A stretch of DNA of 64,000 nucleotides, taken from an uncultured Planctomycetota bacterium. Its GTDB lineage: Bacteria > Planctomycetota > Planctomycetia > Isosphaerales > Isosphaeraceae. The stretch spans positions 3,392,001-3,456,000 of the forward strand of contig CAVTTN010000002.1 in the NCBI GenBank assembly GCA_963737655.1, given 5' to 3'. Both the position numbers and the translations under genes were made by a program. The notes beneath the pieces are model-generated. The model did not search any database. It saw nothing but the letters and a program-made list of their open reading frames with translations, and was not told where the DNA came from. Below, piece by piece: positions 1-9,537 of the stretch (position 1 is the stretch's first letter; each line of letters opens with the position of its first letter).

Positions 1-612
1 CGGGGCCAGGCCGAGCCGGGTCAGGCGTCGCCGGAGCCGTTCGCGGCCTCGGGCCTGGCGACTCTTGACCGTCCCGATCGGCAGGCCGAGCCGGTCGGCG
101 GCTTCTCGGTGACCCAGGCCTTCCACGTCGCACAACCAGACCGCGTCGCGGAACCGTCGGGGGAGGCCGGCGATCTCGCGATGAAGGGCCGGGCCGAGCT
201 CGTCTTCCGGGTTCGAGGTGAGGAAGGGCCTCCCGCGACGCTCGCCGGCCGTCCGTTCGTGACGCCTCCGCCGCTCCTCGGCCAGACGCGCCGACGAGGC
301 GACCCGAAGGGCCACCCCATGGAGCCACGGGCCGAGCGCCTCGCCGACCCGGATCGTCCGGGCCCGCCGGGCCAGGACCAGGAACGTCGCCTGGAAGGCG
401 TCCTCGGCCGAATGGACGTCATGCGTGACCGACCGGCAAACCCGGAAGACCCGGCCCCCGTGACGATCCACCAGGGCCGCGAACGCGGACTCCGCCCCCT
501 CGCTCGGGCCCGCCACGAACCGTTCCAGGAGCTCGCCGTCGGTCCGACCGGCCTGAGTCCCCGTCCGATACAGGGCACCGATCGCCGCCCGCGAGACACT
601 GCGTCCATCCAT
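1..612 (-). CDS. ECF RNA polymerase sigma factor (planctomycete type), 3' end runs off the window
   Basis: Not in the ORF track (no stop in window). Hand translation from ATG 612: TDGELLERF..AFAALVDRHGGRVFRVCRS..AEDAFQATFLVLARRA..WLHGVALRVA (region 2) and LPRRFRDAVWLCDVEGLGHREAADRLGLPIGTVKSRQARGRERLR (region 4); GGGGAG RBS upstream. Confidence 0.92.
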   Translation of the reverse strand, partial: MDGRSVSRAAIGALYRTGTQAGRTDGELLERFVAGPSEGAESAFAALVDRHGGRVFRVCRSVTHDVHSAEDAFQATFLVLARRARTIRVGEALGPWLHGVALRVASSARLAEERRRRHERTAGERRGRPFLTSNPEDELGPALHREIAGLPRRFRDAVWLCDVEGLGHREAADRLGLPIGTVKSRQARGRERLRRRLTRLGLAP

Positions 613-791
613 CCACACGGTTCTCCCCCCTCGCTCCGATCGGCGTCTCACCGCGGATCGTACTGTCCTCGCCGGGTCCGGCGGTTCCGAAAACTTGACC
701 GAATCGCCGAGATCTCGTTCCAGAAAGGTTGGGTAGAGTCGAGGCCAGGCCGAAAAACTGCATCCAACCGTGCATGGCGGCATGAATTTTT

Positions 792-819
792 TTGACAATA
801 GCCCGGGCGCGGTTATACT
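792..819 (+). promoter_or_regulatory. sigma70-type promoter for the surface-protein gene
   Basis: TTGACA-16 nt-TATACT, ~120 nt before ATG 939. Confidence 0.75.
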
Positions 820-938
820 CGGCGACGGTCATCCCTGTTTTCTCAGGGCTGCGCACCTTACCTCGACCGATCTGAATCACGGACGACCGACCCGCCCGGC
901 GAACCGAGGAGCGGGATCGCACTCCGGAGGCGAAAGCC

Positions 939-3900
939 ATGCGACGACGCCCGTTCGGCCTCGACCACTCCGGCCCCCGCAATCGCCGGAAGTCCTCGTT
1001 CCGCCTGGGGATGGAAAGTCTGGAGGACCGTCAACTCCTGACCACGTTGTTCGTCACGAACACGGCGGATGCCGGAGCCGGCTCGCTCCGCCAGGCGATC
1101 CTGGATTCCAACAGCATCTCCGGCGCGAACGTGATCCAGTTCAACATCGCGGGCGCCACGGGTGTCCAGACGATCAGCCCGTTGACCCCTCTGCCCACGA
1201 TCACCAACAGCACCACGATCGACGGCACGACGGAACCCAACACCGGCACCACGCCGTTGATCCAGCTCGACGGGTCGAACCTGCCGGCCGGGTCGAACAA
1301 CGGCTTGACGATCAATTTGACGACGGGGACGACCACCCCCGTGACCATCCGCGGGCTGGCCATCGGCCACTTCAGCGGGGCGGGCGTGGCGATCACCGGC
1401 AGCATCGGCGGCAATGCGGTCCAGGGCAGCCTGATCGGCACCGACGCGACCGGGACGCTCGCCGCGCCCAACGGCATCGGCGTGCTGATCACCGGATCGC
1501 CCAACAACACCGTCGGCGGCCTGACCTCGTCGTTCCAGAACCTGATCTCCGGCAACAGCGGGCCGGGCGTCTCGATCACCGGATCGGCGTCCACGAGCAA
1601 CATCGTCCAGAATGACACCATCGGCCTGAACCTCACCGGGACGGCGGCCCTGCCGAACGCTACCGGGGTCATCATCCAGGCCGCCTCGCAGAATTCGATC
1701 GGAGGGGCGATCACCCAGGCCCGAGTGGTCGTCTCGGGCAACACCGGCCCGGGCATCCTTTTGACCGATTCCGGGGCGTCGAACAACGTGGTCCAGGGGG
1801 ACTATATCGGCCTGAATGCCTCGGGGACGGCCGCGATCCCCAACAACGTCGGCGTCCAGCTCGGCATCGGCTCGACCTCCAACAGCGTCGGCGGGACGAT
1901 CGCGGGCGACCGTAACGTGATCTCGGGCAACACCACGTCGAACGTCTACCTCGTGGGCGCCTCGAACAACCTGATCGTGGGCAACACGATCGGGCTGAAC
2001 TCCGACGGGTCGGCGGGACTGGCCGGCACCCAGGCGTCGACGGCCAACGTCGAGATCGAGAACGGCTCGGTCGGCAACACCGTGGGCGGGACATCCACCA
2101 CCGCGACCAACGTGATCTCGGGCGCGGCCGGTTCGGGCATCCAGATCGTCGGCCTGACGCCCCGATCCGTCGGAACGCTCGCCTCGGGCAACCTGATCCA
2201 GGGCAACCAGATCGGGACAAATCTCGCCGGGACCACGGCGATCCCCAACTCCAATAGCGGCGTGGTCTTGACCGGAAACACCACGGGCAACACCGTGGGA
2301 GGAACGGCCTCGCTGGCGCGCAACGTGATCTCCGGCAACGGCGGATCGGGCGTGGTCCTCGCCGGAGGGGTCACCACGAACACGGTCCAGGCCAACCTGA
2401 TCGGCCTCCAACTGGACGGCGTTTCGGCCCTGGGCAACGTCGGCGACGGCGTCCTGTTCAGCGGGGCCGGGGCGAATTCGATCGGGGGGACCGTCACCGG
2501 GGCCGGGAACGTCATCGCCTTCAACGGCGGGGCCGGCGTGGACGTGGCCTCGGGCACCGGCGCCAACATCCGCGAGAATTCGATCTACTCCAACACCGGC
2601 CTGGGGATCGACCTCGCCCCGAAGGGCGTGAACCCCAACGCCGCCACCAACCCCGGCACCGGCGCCAACAACCTCCAGAATTACCCGGTGATCACCGGGG
2701 TGACCACCACCAACGGCACCACGACCGTCACCGGGACGTTGCACAGCACTCCCTCGACGACCTTCGCCGTCGAATTCTTCGCCAACACCACGGCGGACCC
2801 CTCGGGCTTCGGCCAGGGCCGCTCGTTCGTCGGCACGACGACCGTGACCACGGACAGCAGCGGCAACGCCACGTTCTCCGCCGCCACCACCACCGCGGTC
2901 ACGACCGGACAGGTCGTCTCCGCCACGGCGACCGACGGAGGGGGCAACACCTCCGAGTTCTCGGCCAACGTGGGCAACGTCCCGCCGACGGCCGACCTCG
3001 CCCTGATCCTTCAGAGGACGCCCGAGCCGGTCGCCGTCAACGGCCTGTTGACCTACACGATCGGGGTGGCCAACGGCGGCCCGAATTCCGCCTCGAACGT
3101 CGTGGTGACCGACACCCTGCCCGCGGGCGTGACGTTCCAGTCCGCGAAGGCGAGCACCGGTAGCCTCGCCCAGAGCGGGACGACCGTGACGTTCACCGTC
3201 GGGACCCTCCTCTCGGGGGCCACCGCGTCGTTCACGATCAACGTCGTGCCGACGACCTCCGGGACGATCGCCAACACGGCCACGGCCACCCTGACCGAGA
3301 CCGATCCGACCCCCGCGAATGACACCGCCACGGTCAATTCGACGGTCCAGCAAGGGGTGGATCTCGTCGTGGCCTCGACGGTCAGCCCCAACCCGGCGAT
3401 CGTCGGGACCCCCTCGGCGTTCACCTTCACGGTCACGAACTCCTCGACGACCACCACCGCCACCAACGTGATCCTGACGGCCCCCCTGCCCTCGTTCGGC
3501 GTGACCTACGTGTCGTCGTCGAGCAGCCAGGGATCGACGGCCACCAACGCCGGAGGCACCGGCGTGGGCGCGGCGATCGGCTCGCTCGCCCCGGGCGCCT
3601 CGGCCACCGTGACGATCAACCTCACGCCCCTGGGCACCGGGACGATGGGGCTCGTGGCCACCGCCGCCTCGGATCAGGTCGATTCCAACCCGGCGAACAA
3701 CATCGCGTCGCCGATCATCACGGTCAACGCCGCGACGTCCACCCCCTCCACGCCCACCGGCTCGACCGGCCCGAAGGTCATCAGCCTGAACCGGACCGGC
3801 ATCCACGGCCAGGCCACCGAGATCAACGTCGGCTTCGACACCGTCCTGACGATCGCCCCCGCTCAGACCCTGAGCAATTACACGCTCGTCTCGGCCGGGG

Positions 3901-4229
3901 CGGACGGCAAGTTCAACACCAAGGACGACCAGAAGATCAAGCTGAGCACCGCGGACTTCACCACGGCCGGGAACATCGTGACCCTGACCACCAAGAAGTT
4001 CGTGCCCCTGAAGCAGAAGCTGCAATTGACGATCAACGGGATGCCCGCGGCCGGCCTGACCAACACCGCCGGAGCGTTCCTCGCTGGCAACGGCACGACC
4101 TCGGGGACGAACTTCGTCGAGGTCTTCACCCGGACCGGACCGGGCAACCTCGCCCAGGCCGCGGCGGTCGACGAGGCCCTGGCCAGCGGGGTGAAGGTCA
4201 AGAAGGCGTCCGCCCACAAGGCTGGCTGA
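939..4229 (+). CDS. Large secreted/surface protein: LEPR-xLL (Planc_extracel) N-terminus, beta-helix repeats, two DUF11-like Ig domains
   Basis: MESLEDRQLL motif; VTNTADAGAGSLRQAI; many GNxIG / NVISGN repeats; ADLAL..LTYTIGVANGGP..NVVVTDTLP and DxxPANN DUF11 signatures; T/G/N/S-rich. Confidence 0.88.
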   Translation: MRRRPFGLDHSGPRNRRKSSFRLGMESLEDRQLLTTLFVTNTADAGAGSLRQAILDSNSISGANVIQFNIAGATGVQTISPLTPLPTITNSTTIDGTTEPNTGTTPLIQLDGSNLPAGSNNGLTINLTTGTTTPVTIRGLAIGHFSGAGVAITGSIGGNAVQGSLIGTDATGTLAAPNGIGVLITGSPNNTVGGLTSSFQNLISGNSGPGVSITGSASTSNIVQNDTIGLNLTGTAALPNATGVIIQAASQNSIGGAITQARVVVSGNTGPGILLTDSGASNNVVQGDYIGLNASGTAAIPNNVGVQLGIGSTSNSVGGTIAGDRNVISGNTTSNVYLVGASNNLIVGNTIGLNSDGSAGLAGTQASTANVEIENGSVGNTVGGTSTTATNVISGAAGSGIQIVGLTPRSVGTLASGNLIQGNQIGTNLAGTTAIPNSNSGVVLTGNTTGNTVGGTASLARNVISGNGGSGVVLAGGVTTNTVQANLIGLQLDGVSALGNVGDGVLFSGAGANSIGGTVTGAGNVIAFNGGAGVDVASGTGANIRENSIYSNTGLGIDLAPKGVNPNAATNPGTGANNLQNYPVITGVTTTNGTTTVTGTLHSTPSTTFAVEFFANTTADPSGFGQGRSFVGTTTVTTDSSGNATFSAATTTAVTTGQVVSATATDGGGNTSEFSANVGNVPPTADLALILQRTPEPVAVNGLLTYTIGVANGGPNSASNVVVTDTLPAGVTFQSAKASTGSLAQSGTTVTFTVGTLLSGATASFTINVVPTTSGTIANTATATLTETDPTPANDTATVNSTVQQGVDLVVASTVSPNPAIVGTPSAFTFTVTNSSTTTTATNVILTAPLPSFGVTYVSSSSSQGSTATNAGGTGVGAAIGSLAPGASATVTINLTPLGTGTMGLVATAASDQVDSNPANNIASPIITVNAATSTPSTPTGSTGPKVISLNRTGIHGQATEINVGFDTVLTIAPAQTLSNYTLVSAGADGKFNTKDDQKIKLSTADFTTAGNIVTLTTKKFVPLKQKLQLTINGMPAAGLTNTAGAFLAGNGTTSGTNFVEVFTRTGPGNLAQAAAVDEALASGVKVKKASAHKAG

Positions 4230-4320
4230 GGACAGACCCCAAGGATCGGCGAGGCCGTGGCCAGGCGAAACCCATCCGGGACGCCTGGAAACGGCCTCGC
4301 CCGTTCCTCCCGACGACCGA

Positions 4321-5472
4321 TCAGGACGAAGCCTGGCCGTCGAGCAGCCACAACGCATGGGGCAGCGCGTGGCGATACGGCGGGTCGTCCCGGGCCGATT
4401 CGAGGGCCGCGGAGACCCGGTCGGCCGGGCCGAATTCCGGGGCTTGCACCATCCTCGGCAGCCTCCGGCTGTTCGGGCACTCGACCTCCGTGCTGATCTC
4501 GTCGGCCATCCTCACCAGGTGATACGTCGCGGCCCCGCTGCCGCCCTTCGTGGTCACGGAAACGGCCGAGATCCGGGCGGGCGAGGCGTCGTCGTCGAGC
4601 TCGGAAATCAAGGTCACGGCGATGTCGCCCGACGGGCCGGTGAAGACCGCCTCAACCCGGTTCGGAGCGGCCTGGACGCGTGATTTCGGCGACCAATTCA
4701 GTTGGCCCGCGAGCCATCCTCCCAGCCAGGCGGCCACGCGGGGCGGAGTTCCGGCGGAGGTCGTGACCGATTCGATCCGAACCGACGCGATCCGCCCGAG
4801 TTCCTCTTCCCGGCCGGGGGGATCGAAGAACGTGGCGAGCACCTCCCGCCATTTCGTGATCCCGAACCACGCCAGATCGCGGCCGAATTTGTGCCGTTCC
4901 AGGTCCAAGGCCTCGCGGACGACCTCGGGCGACGTGCCGGGATCGGGCAGCTCGAACAAAACGCGGTTCGAATCGCGGGCGAGCTCGCAGAACGTCGGCA
5001 AGGCCGATCGCGGGTCGCCGGCCCACCACAGGAACGTGGGCAAATCGGATTCGAGCAAGGGCCGGACGGCCCCCGGCAGCAAATCAAACCCTTCGGGACC
5101 GGCCGAAAGGCCGATTCGCTCGCTGCAAACCTGCGGCATCCCCGGCGCGGGCAGATGGCAGAGCGCCGAGACCTCTGCGACGACCGACCGGCCGGCCTTG
5201 GGGTCAACTCGCAAGGCAATCGCCCGGCACGGATAGCGAGCCACGACGGTATCGAGGACGCCCTCATCGGCCGGGACATCCCCGCCGAGATGGGCGACGA
5301 CGAGGTTCGCCAAGGCCACCCGGGTGACGTTGGGATTCTCCAGGTCGGGCCCGCCCTCGCGCTCGGCGGCCGGCCCCCAGAGGTCGGCCAGGGCGGATTC
5401 CACCTTGGACAGATCAATCGGGACGCCCTGGCCGCTGAGGAAGGCGTCGGAAGACGGGGCGGCGTCGGTCAT
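4321..5472 (-). CDS. opcA: Glucose-6-phosphate dehydrogenase assembly protein OpcA
   Basis: ARYPCRAI, CSERI, DLPTFLWW, DLAW..ITKWRE.LA..FD motifs; downstream of zwf. Confidence 0.85.
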   Translation of the reverse strand: MTDAAPSSDAFLSGQGVPIDLSKVESALADLWGPAAEREGGPDLENPNVTRVALANLVVAHLGGDVPADEGVLDTVVARYPCRAIALRVDPKAGRSVVAEVSALCHLPAPGMPQVCSERIGLSAGPEGFDLLPGAVRPLLESDLPTFLWWAGDPRSALPTFCELARDSNRVLFELPDPGTSPEVVREALDLERHKFGRDLAWFGITKWREVLATFFDPPGREEELGRIASVRIESVTTSAGTPPRVAAWLGGWLAGQLNWSPKSRVQAAPNRVEAVFTGPSGDIAVTLISELDDDASPARISAVSVTTKGGSGAATYHLVRMADEISTEVECPNSRRLPRMVQAPEFGPADRVSAALESARDDPPYRHALPHALWLLDGQASS

Positions 5473-5511
5473 GGTCGGGCCTCTCTCTCGGGCGGTGCGG
5501 CCGGGTCGAGA

Positions 5512-6537
5512 TCATTTCGAGGCGATCGCCGGACGTTTCCACTGGGCGCGGCGGTCGAGCTCATGGAACACGTTGCGTGCCTCTTCGGCCAGGCGTGGAT
5601 AGCGAGTCGGCCAGTTCTCCGGGCCATGCTCGTCGGCGACCTTGCGGATCGCGGCGAGGACGTCCGCGGGCAGGACGTCGGGCGTCTCGGTGTTCGGCCC
5701 GATGAAGAGGGCGACGCGACATAAGGTGTCGAGTGCAGCGTGGCGGACCATTGGCGCCTCGCGACGATCGAGGAGTCGCTCCTGGATGTCCGGGATGGCC
5801 TCCGCGGCGTCCGATCTCATCATCGCGAGGGTCCGCAGGATGGATAGCCTCCGGCCCGCCACCTCGAAAGAATCGCCACGATGTGCATTCAGAGAGCCGA
5901 GGAGGGCCGGGACGGCCCCCTTCGCCCGTCCCTGGAGCATCTGCAACTGCTGGAGGACCGAATCCCAGAGCCATTTCTCGAAAGCGGGATCGCTCTCGAA
6001 CGCGACCAGCGCGATCAGTTCGTCTCGGGCGTCCGCTTCGGTCAAGGCAAGCCGGCCCAGGAGTTGGACCGAGGCGAGCCGGACGTCGAGCGGCCCTGGG
6101 GTCCGGGCGATCCGTGTCGCGACCACGTGGGCGCCTCGGGCGTCCCGGCCGAGCAGGGTGAGGATGCTCAGAGCGTTGTGGGCGAGGACGGAGTCGCCGG
6201 CCCGATACGCCCGGTCGGCCAGGGCCGAGAGCTGAGACGCCGCCATCGCCGAGGCCCCGACCTTCTGGGCGCGCCACAGCGCCGTCTTGAGCTCCACCGT
6301 TTGGCTGAACAGTTGATAGTCTAGTTGCCCCGGCTGACCCGAGGCGATGACCGTCGTGGCCCTTCGCTGGGTGACGGCCTCGATCAGCCGATGCGTCGCC
6401 TCCTTGCGGATCAGGTAGAGTCGAACCGCCAGGACGACTGCGACGAGCGCGACGGCGGCCATCAGCGTCCGCACCCGGAGAGCGGGCCGCCACCAGGCGC
6501 GTTTCTTGGTCGCGATCTCCTCGCCCTCGGCCTTCAC
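5512..6537 (-). CDS. Membrane-anchored HEAT-repeat-like hypothetical protein
   Basis: GTG overlaps zwf TGA (GTGA); N-terminal LRVRTLMAAVALVA TM segment; AVPALL..L, AIPDIQERL, VRHAALDTL helical repeats. Confidence 0.65.
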   Translation of the reverse strand: MKAEGEEIATKKRAWWRPALRVRTLMAAVALVAVVLAVRLYLIRKEATHRLIEAVTQRRATTVIASGQPGQLDYQLFSQTVELKTALWRAQKVGASAMAASQLSALADRAYRAGDSVLAHNALSILTLLGRDARGAHVVATRIARTPGPLDVRLASVQLLGRLALTEADARDELIALVAFESDPAFEKWLWDSVLQQLQMLQGRAKGAVPALLGSLNAHRGDSFEVAGRRLSILRTLAMMRSDAAEAIPDIQERLLDRREAPMVRHAALDTLCRVALFIGPNTETPDVLPADVLAAIRKVADEHGPENWPTRYPRLAEEARNVFHELDRRAQWKRPAIASK

Positions 6538-8078
6538 AGCCGCCTCCACTTCGCCCCGTCCCGGGCGAGGAGGGCGTCGGCCTCCTCGGGGCCCCAGGTT
6601 CCGGCGGGGTAGGCCTTCGGCTTTTCGGGCGATTCCTTCCAGGCGTCGAGGATCGGCGTGATGAACCTCCAGGCGTTGTCCACCTCGTCCTCGCGGGTGA
6701 ACAGGCTGGGGTCGCCGAGCATGGCGTCGAGGAGGAGCCGTTCATACGCCTCGGGCGGCGGGGCGGCGAAGGAGGTCCCGTAGCGGAAATCCATCCGGAC
6801 CTGCTGGAGCCTCCGCCTCGACCCGGGGATCTTGGCCTGGAACGCCAGGCTCGCCCCTTCGTTCGGCTGGATTCGCAGGACCAGGACGTTCGCCTGCTCG
6901 GCGTCGGCCTCGAACAGGGCCGTCGGCGGCTTCTTGAACTGGATGGCGATCTCGGTGGCCCGCTTCGGCAGGCACTTGCCCGTGCGGAGGTAGATCGGCA
7001 CCCCCGCCCATCGCCAGTTGTTCAGGGTCAGGCGGATGGCCACATACGTGCCGGTCTTGGAGTTCGGATCGACGCCTTTCTCCTGCAAATATCCCGGCAC
7101 TTCCTTGCCGTTGATCGATCCGGCGGTGTACTGGGCGTAAACGGTGTTTTTGGCCACGTCCTCGGGCGACCACTCGGGGAGGGCCTGCAAGACCTTGACC
7201 TTCTCGTTGCGGACGGCGTCGGCCGAGAGGTTCACCGGGGGTTCCATCGCCACGAGGCAGAGGAGCTGCATCATGTGGTTCTGGACCATGTCGCGGATCG
7301 CGCCGGCGGTGTCGTAATAGGCCCCTCGGCCCCCCGGCATGCCGACTTCCTCGCTCACCGTGATCTGGATGTTCTCGACGTGGTCGCGGTTCCACGTCGG
7401 CTCGTAGATCGCGTTGGCGAACCGCAGGGCCAGGATGTTCTGGACGGTTTCCTTGCCGAGATAATGGTCGATTCGATAGATCTGCGATTCGTCCAGGGTC
7501 TTGGAAAGCTCTCGGTTCAAGGCCCGGGCGCTGGGGAGGTCGTGGCCGAACGGCTTCTCGACCACCACGCGGCTCCACGGGCCATCCTCCTGATGAGGAG
7601 GGCGGATCAGCCCGGCGGCGCCGAGGTTATCGACGATCGTGCCGAAATATTCGGGCGAGACGGCGAGGTAGAACAGGACGTTGCCCCCGGTCCCGTGGGA
7701 CTTTTCCAGCTCATCGAGCTTCGCCTTGAGGGCCTGGAAGTCCTCGGGCTTGTGGAATTCCCCCTTGCTGAAGGCGAGGTGGGCGGCGAACTGGGGCCAG
7801 GTCTTCTCGAACTCGGGGCCGCCGTCTTTTGCCAGGGTCTTCTTGAGCTCGTCTCGGAAGGTGTCGTCGGACCAGTCCCGGCGGGCGAACCCGAGGATCG
7901 CGTAATCCGAGGGCAACTGGCCTTCCATCGCCAGGCGATGCAGGGCCGGGGCGAGCTTGCGATGGGTCAGGTCGCCGGTGGCGCCGAAGAGGACGACCGC
8001 GCACGGCTCGGGGGCCCGGGTCCGGGGCAGGTAGGCCCGGAGGGGGTTCTTGTCGGCGAACTCCGGCGTGACGGGCAT
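6534..8078 (-). CDS. zwf: Glucose-6-phosphate 1-dehydrogenase
   Basis: FGATGDLTHRKL, EKPFGHDL, RIDHYLGKETVQN, RDMVQNH, RWAGVP. Confidence 0.98.
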   Translation of the reverse strand: MPVTPEFADKNPLRAYLPRTRAPEPCAVVLFGATGDLTHRKLAPALHRLAMEGQLPSDYAILGFARRDWSDDTFRDELKKTLAKDGGPEFEKTWPQFAAHLAFSKGEFHKPEDFQALKAKLDELEKSHGTGGNVLFYLAVSPEYFGTIVDNLGAAGLIRPPHQEDGPWSRVVVEKPFGHDLPSARALNRELSKTLDESQIYRIDHYLGKETVQNILALRFANAIYEPTWNRDHVENIQITVSEEVGMPGGRGAYYDTAGAIRDMVQNHMMQLLCLVAMEPPVNLSADAVRNEKVKVLQALPEWSPEDVAKNTVYAQYTAGSINGKEVPGYLQEKGVDPNSKTGTYVAIRLTLNNWRWAGVPIYLRTGKCLPKRATEIAIQFKKPPTALFEADAEQANVLVLRIQPNEGASLAFQAKIPGSRRRLQQVRMDFRYGTSFAAPPPEAYERLLLDAMLGDPSLFTREDEVDNAWRFITPILDAWKESPEKPKAYPAGTWGPEEADALLARDGAKWRRL

Positions 8079-8347
8079 CCGAGGCGCTCCCGGGCGATGG
8101 GGCCGACGACGTTCCCGAAGTCGCCGCGCCGATTGGCGAGTCTACGGGCCGAGCCGGCGCCGATCAAGGGAGCCGGCCGCCGAAACCCGCCCGCCCCCCT
8201 ATCCGGCGGCTTACAATGCGGACGTCCCGGGGTCGATCCCCTCTCATCACCCGTTCGGTCCGGCCTACCATGTCGAGCACTCGCGTGCCGCCCTCGCGAA
8301 TCCCGTCGTCCGGAGGGCCCCCGCCGGTGCCCGAGGCCCCGACGCGC

Positions 8348-9436
8348 ATGACCCTCCCGACCGACCGCCTCTCCCCCCCGGGCGATCGCGAGCGGATCGA
8401 CCTGTACCTGGGCGCGTTCCTCGCCGGATCTCGCAAGCGATTCGCCACGAACCCGCACGTCCGCCCCCTGTTCGACCGCGCCTCGGCCTTCGTCCTCCGG
8501 GGCGGAAAGAGGCTCCGCCCCCGGCTCGCCCTGGCCTCGTACCGGATCCTCACCGGCTCGGTCGAGAAGCCGCCTCGGCCGGCCTGGCTGGCGGCGGCCA
8601 GCCTGGAACTCTTTCATGCCTTCATGCTGGTGCATGACGATTTGATCGACGCCAGCCTGGTCCGTCGCGACGAGCCCACGCTCCACGAGGCCCTCCGCCT
8701 GGACGCCGACTGGCCCGACGACGCCGAAGGCCGGAAGCGCTCGGCCGACCTCGGACTCCTCGCCGGAGACCTCCTGTTCGCCCTGGGGATGCGGCTGCTC
8801 GGCCGCTCCGGGCTGGACGACGCCAGCTTCGGCCGCGTCCATCGCCAGGTCGCCGACGTCCTGCTCGACACGGGCCTCGGGGAGGCCCTGGACGTCCTGT
8901 ACGAGACCTGCCCGTTCGACGACCTGGACGAGGCCCATCTGATCGACGCCTACCTGCGCAAGACCGCCCGATACAGCGTCTCCGGCCCGATGGTCCTGGG
9001 CGCGACGCTCGCCGGCGCCGAGCTCTCGGTGATGCGGTCGCTCCGCCGATTCGGCGACTTGCTGGGCCTGGCGTTCCAGATCGCCAACGACCTGGAAGCC
9101 ATCGTGGCCGCCGACCCGAATGGCGAGATCTCCGACCTCGACGGCGGCAAGAGGACGTGGGTCCTGGCCACGGCCCACCGCCGTCTCGGCCAGGAAGGCC
9201 GGGTTGCGATGGCCGAGGCCCTGGCGATGCCCGTCGGCCCGAGGCGTCGCGAGCAGCTCCTCGGCCTGATCGACGCCAGCGGGGCGGCGAGCGTGTGCGA
9301 GGCGCGGGTCAAGGCGATCCGTCGGGAGGCGATGGCCGTCCTCCGTTCGTCGGCGCTCGACGAACCCCAGAAGGACGCCTTCCAGGCCCTGATTGCCCTC
9401 TTCGGCGCCTCGGCCTCGATGCCGGCGGCCGTGTAG
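8348..9436 (+). CDS. Polyprenyl diphosphate synthase (GGPP synthase, CrtE/IdsA-like); start may be 8270
   Basis: GGKRLRP, ELFHAFMLVHDDLID (FARM), KTARYS, AFQIANDL; heads the carotenoid cluster. Confidence 0.88.
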   Translation: MTLPTDRLSPPGDRERIDLYLGAFLAGSRKRFATNPHVRPLFDRASAFVLRGGKRLRPRLALASYRILTGSVEKPPRPAWLAAASLELFHAFMLVHDDLIDASLVRRDEPTLHEALRLDADWPDDAEGRKRSADLGLLAGDLLFALGMRLLGRSGLDDASFGRVHRQVADVLLDTGLGEALDVLYETCPFDDLDEAHLIDAYLRKTARYSVSGPMVLGATLAGAELSVMRSLRRFGDLLGLAFQIANDLEAIVAADPNGEISDLDGGKRTWVLATAHRRLGQEGRVAMAEALAMPVGPRRREQLLGLIDASGAASVCEARVKAIRREAMAVLRSSALDEPQKDAFQALIALFGASASMPAAV

Positions 9437-9496
9437 GGCCGGTTCGGATCGGTCTGCCAGATCGGCACGGACCCGGCAGGCCGGGGCCTGCCCTTC
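9433..9496. repeat. Decayed REP doublet, family B (GTAGGGCAGGCCTCGGCCTGCC)
   Basis: GTAGGGCCGG..TCTGCC left arm, GGCAGGCCGGGGCCTGCCCTTC right arm. Confidence 0.55.
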
Positions 9497-9537
9497 GAAG
9501 ATCGAGCACTGCAATTCCAGGCGGCCCGTTTCCTCTC

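Noticed and set aside
858..4358. 1166-aa minus-strand ORF and other long antisense ORFs (e.g. 8950-11052, 29157-31292, 42874-44913, 51854-54007)
   Set aside because: Shadow frames of real high-GC genes; R/G/A-rich with no motifs
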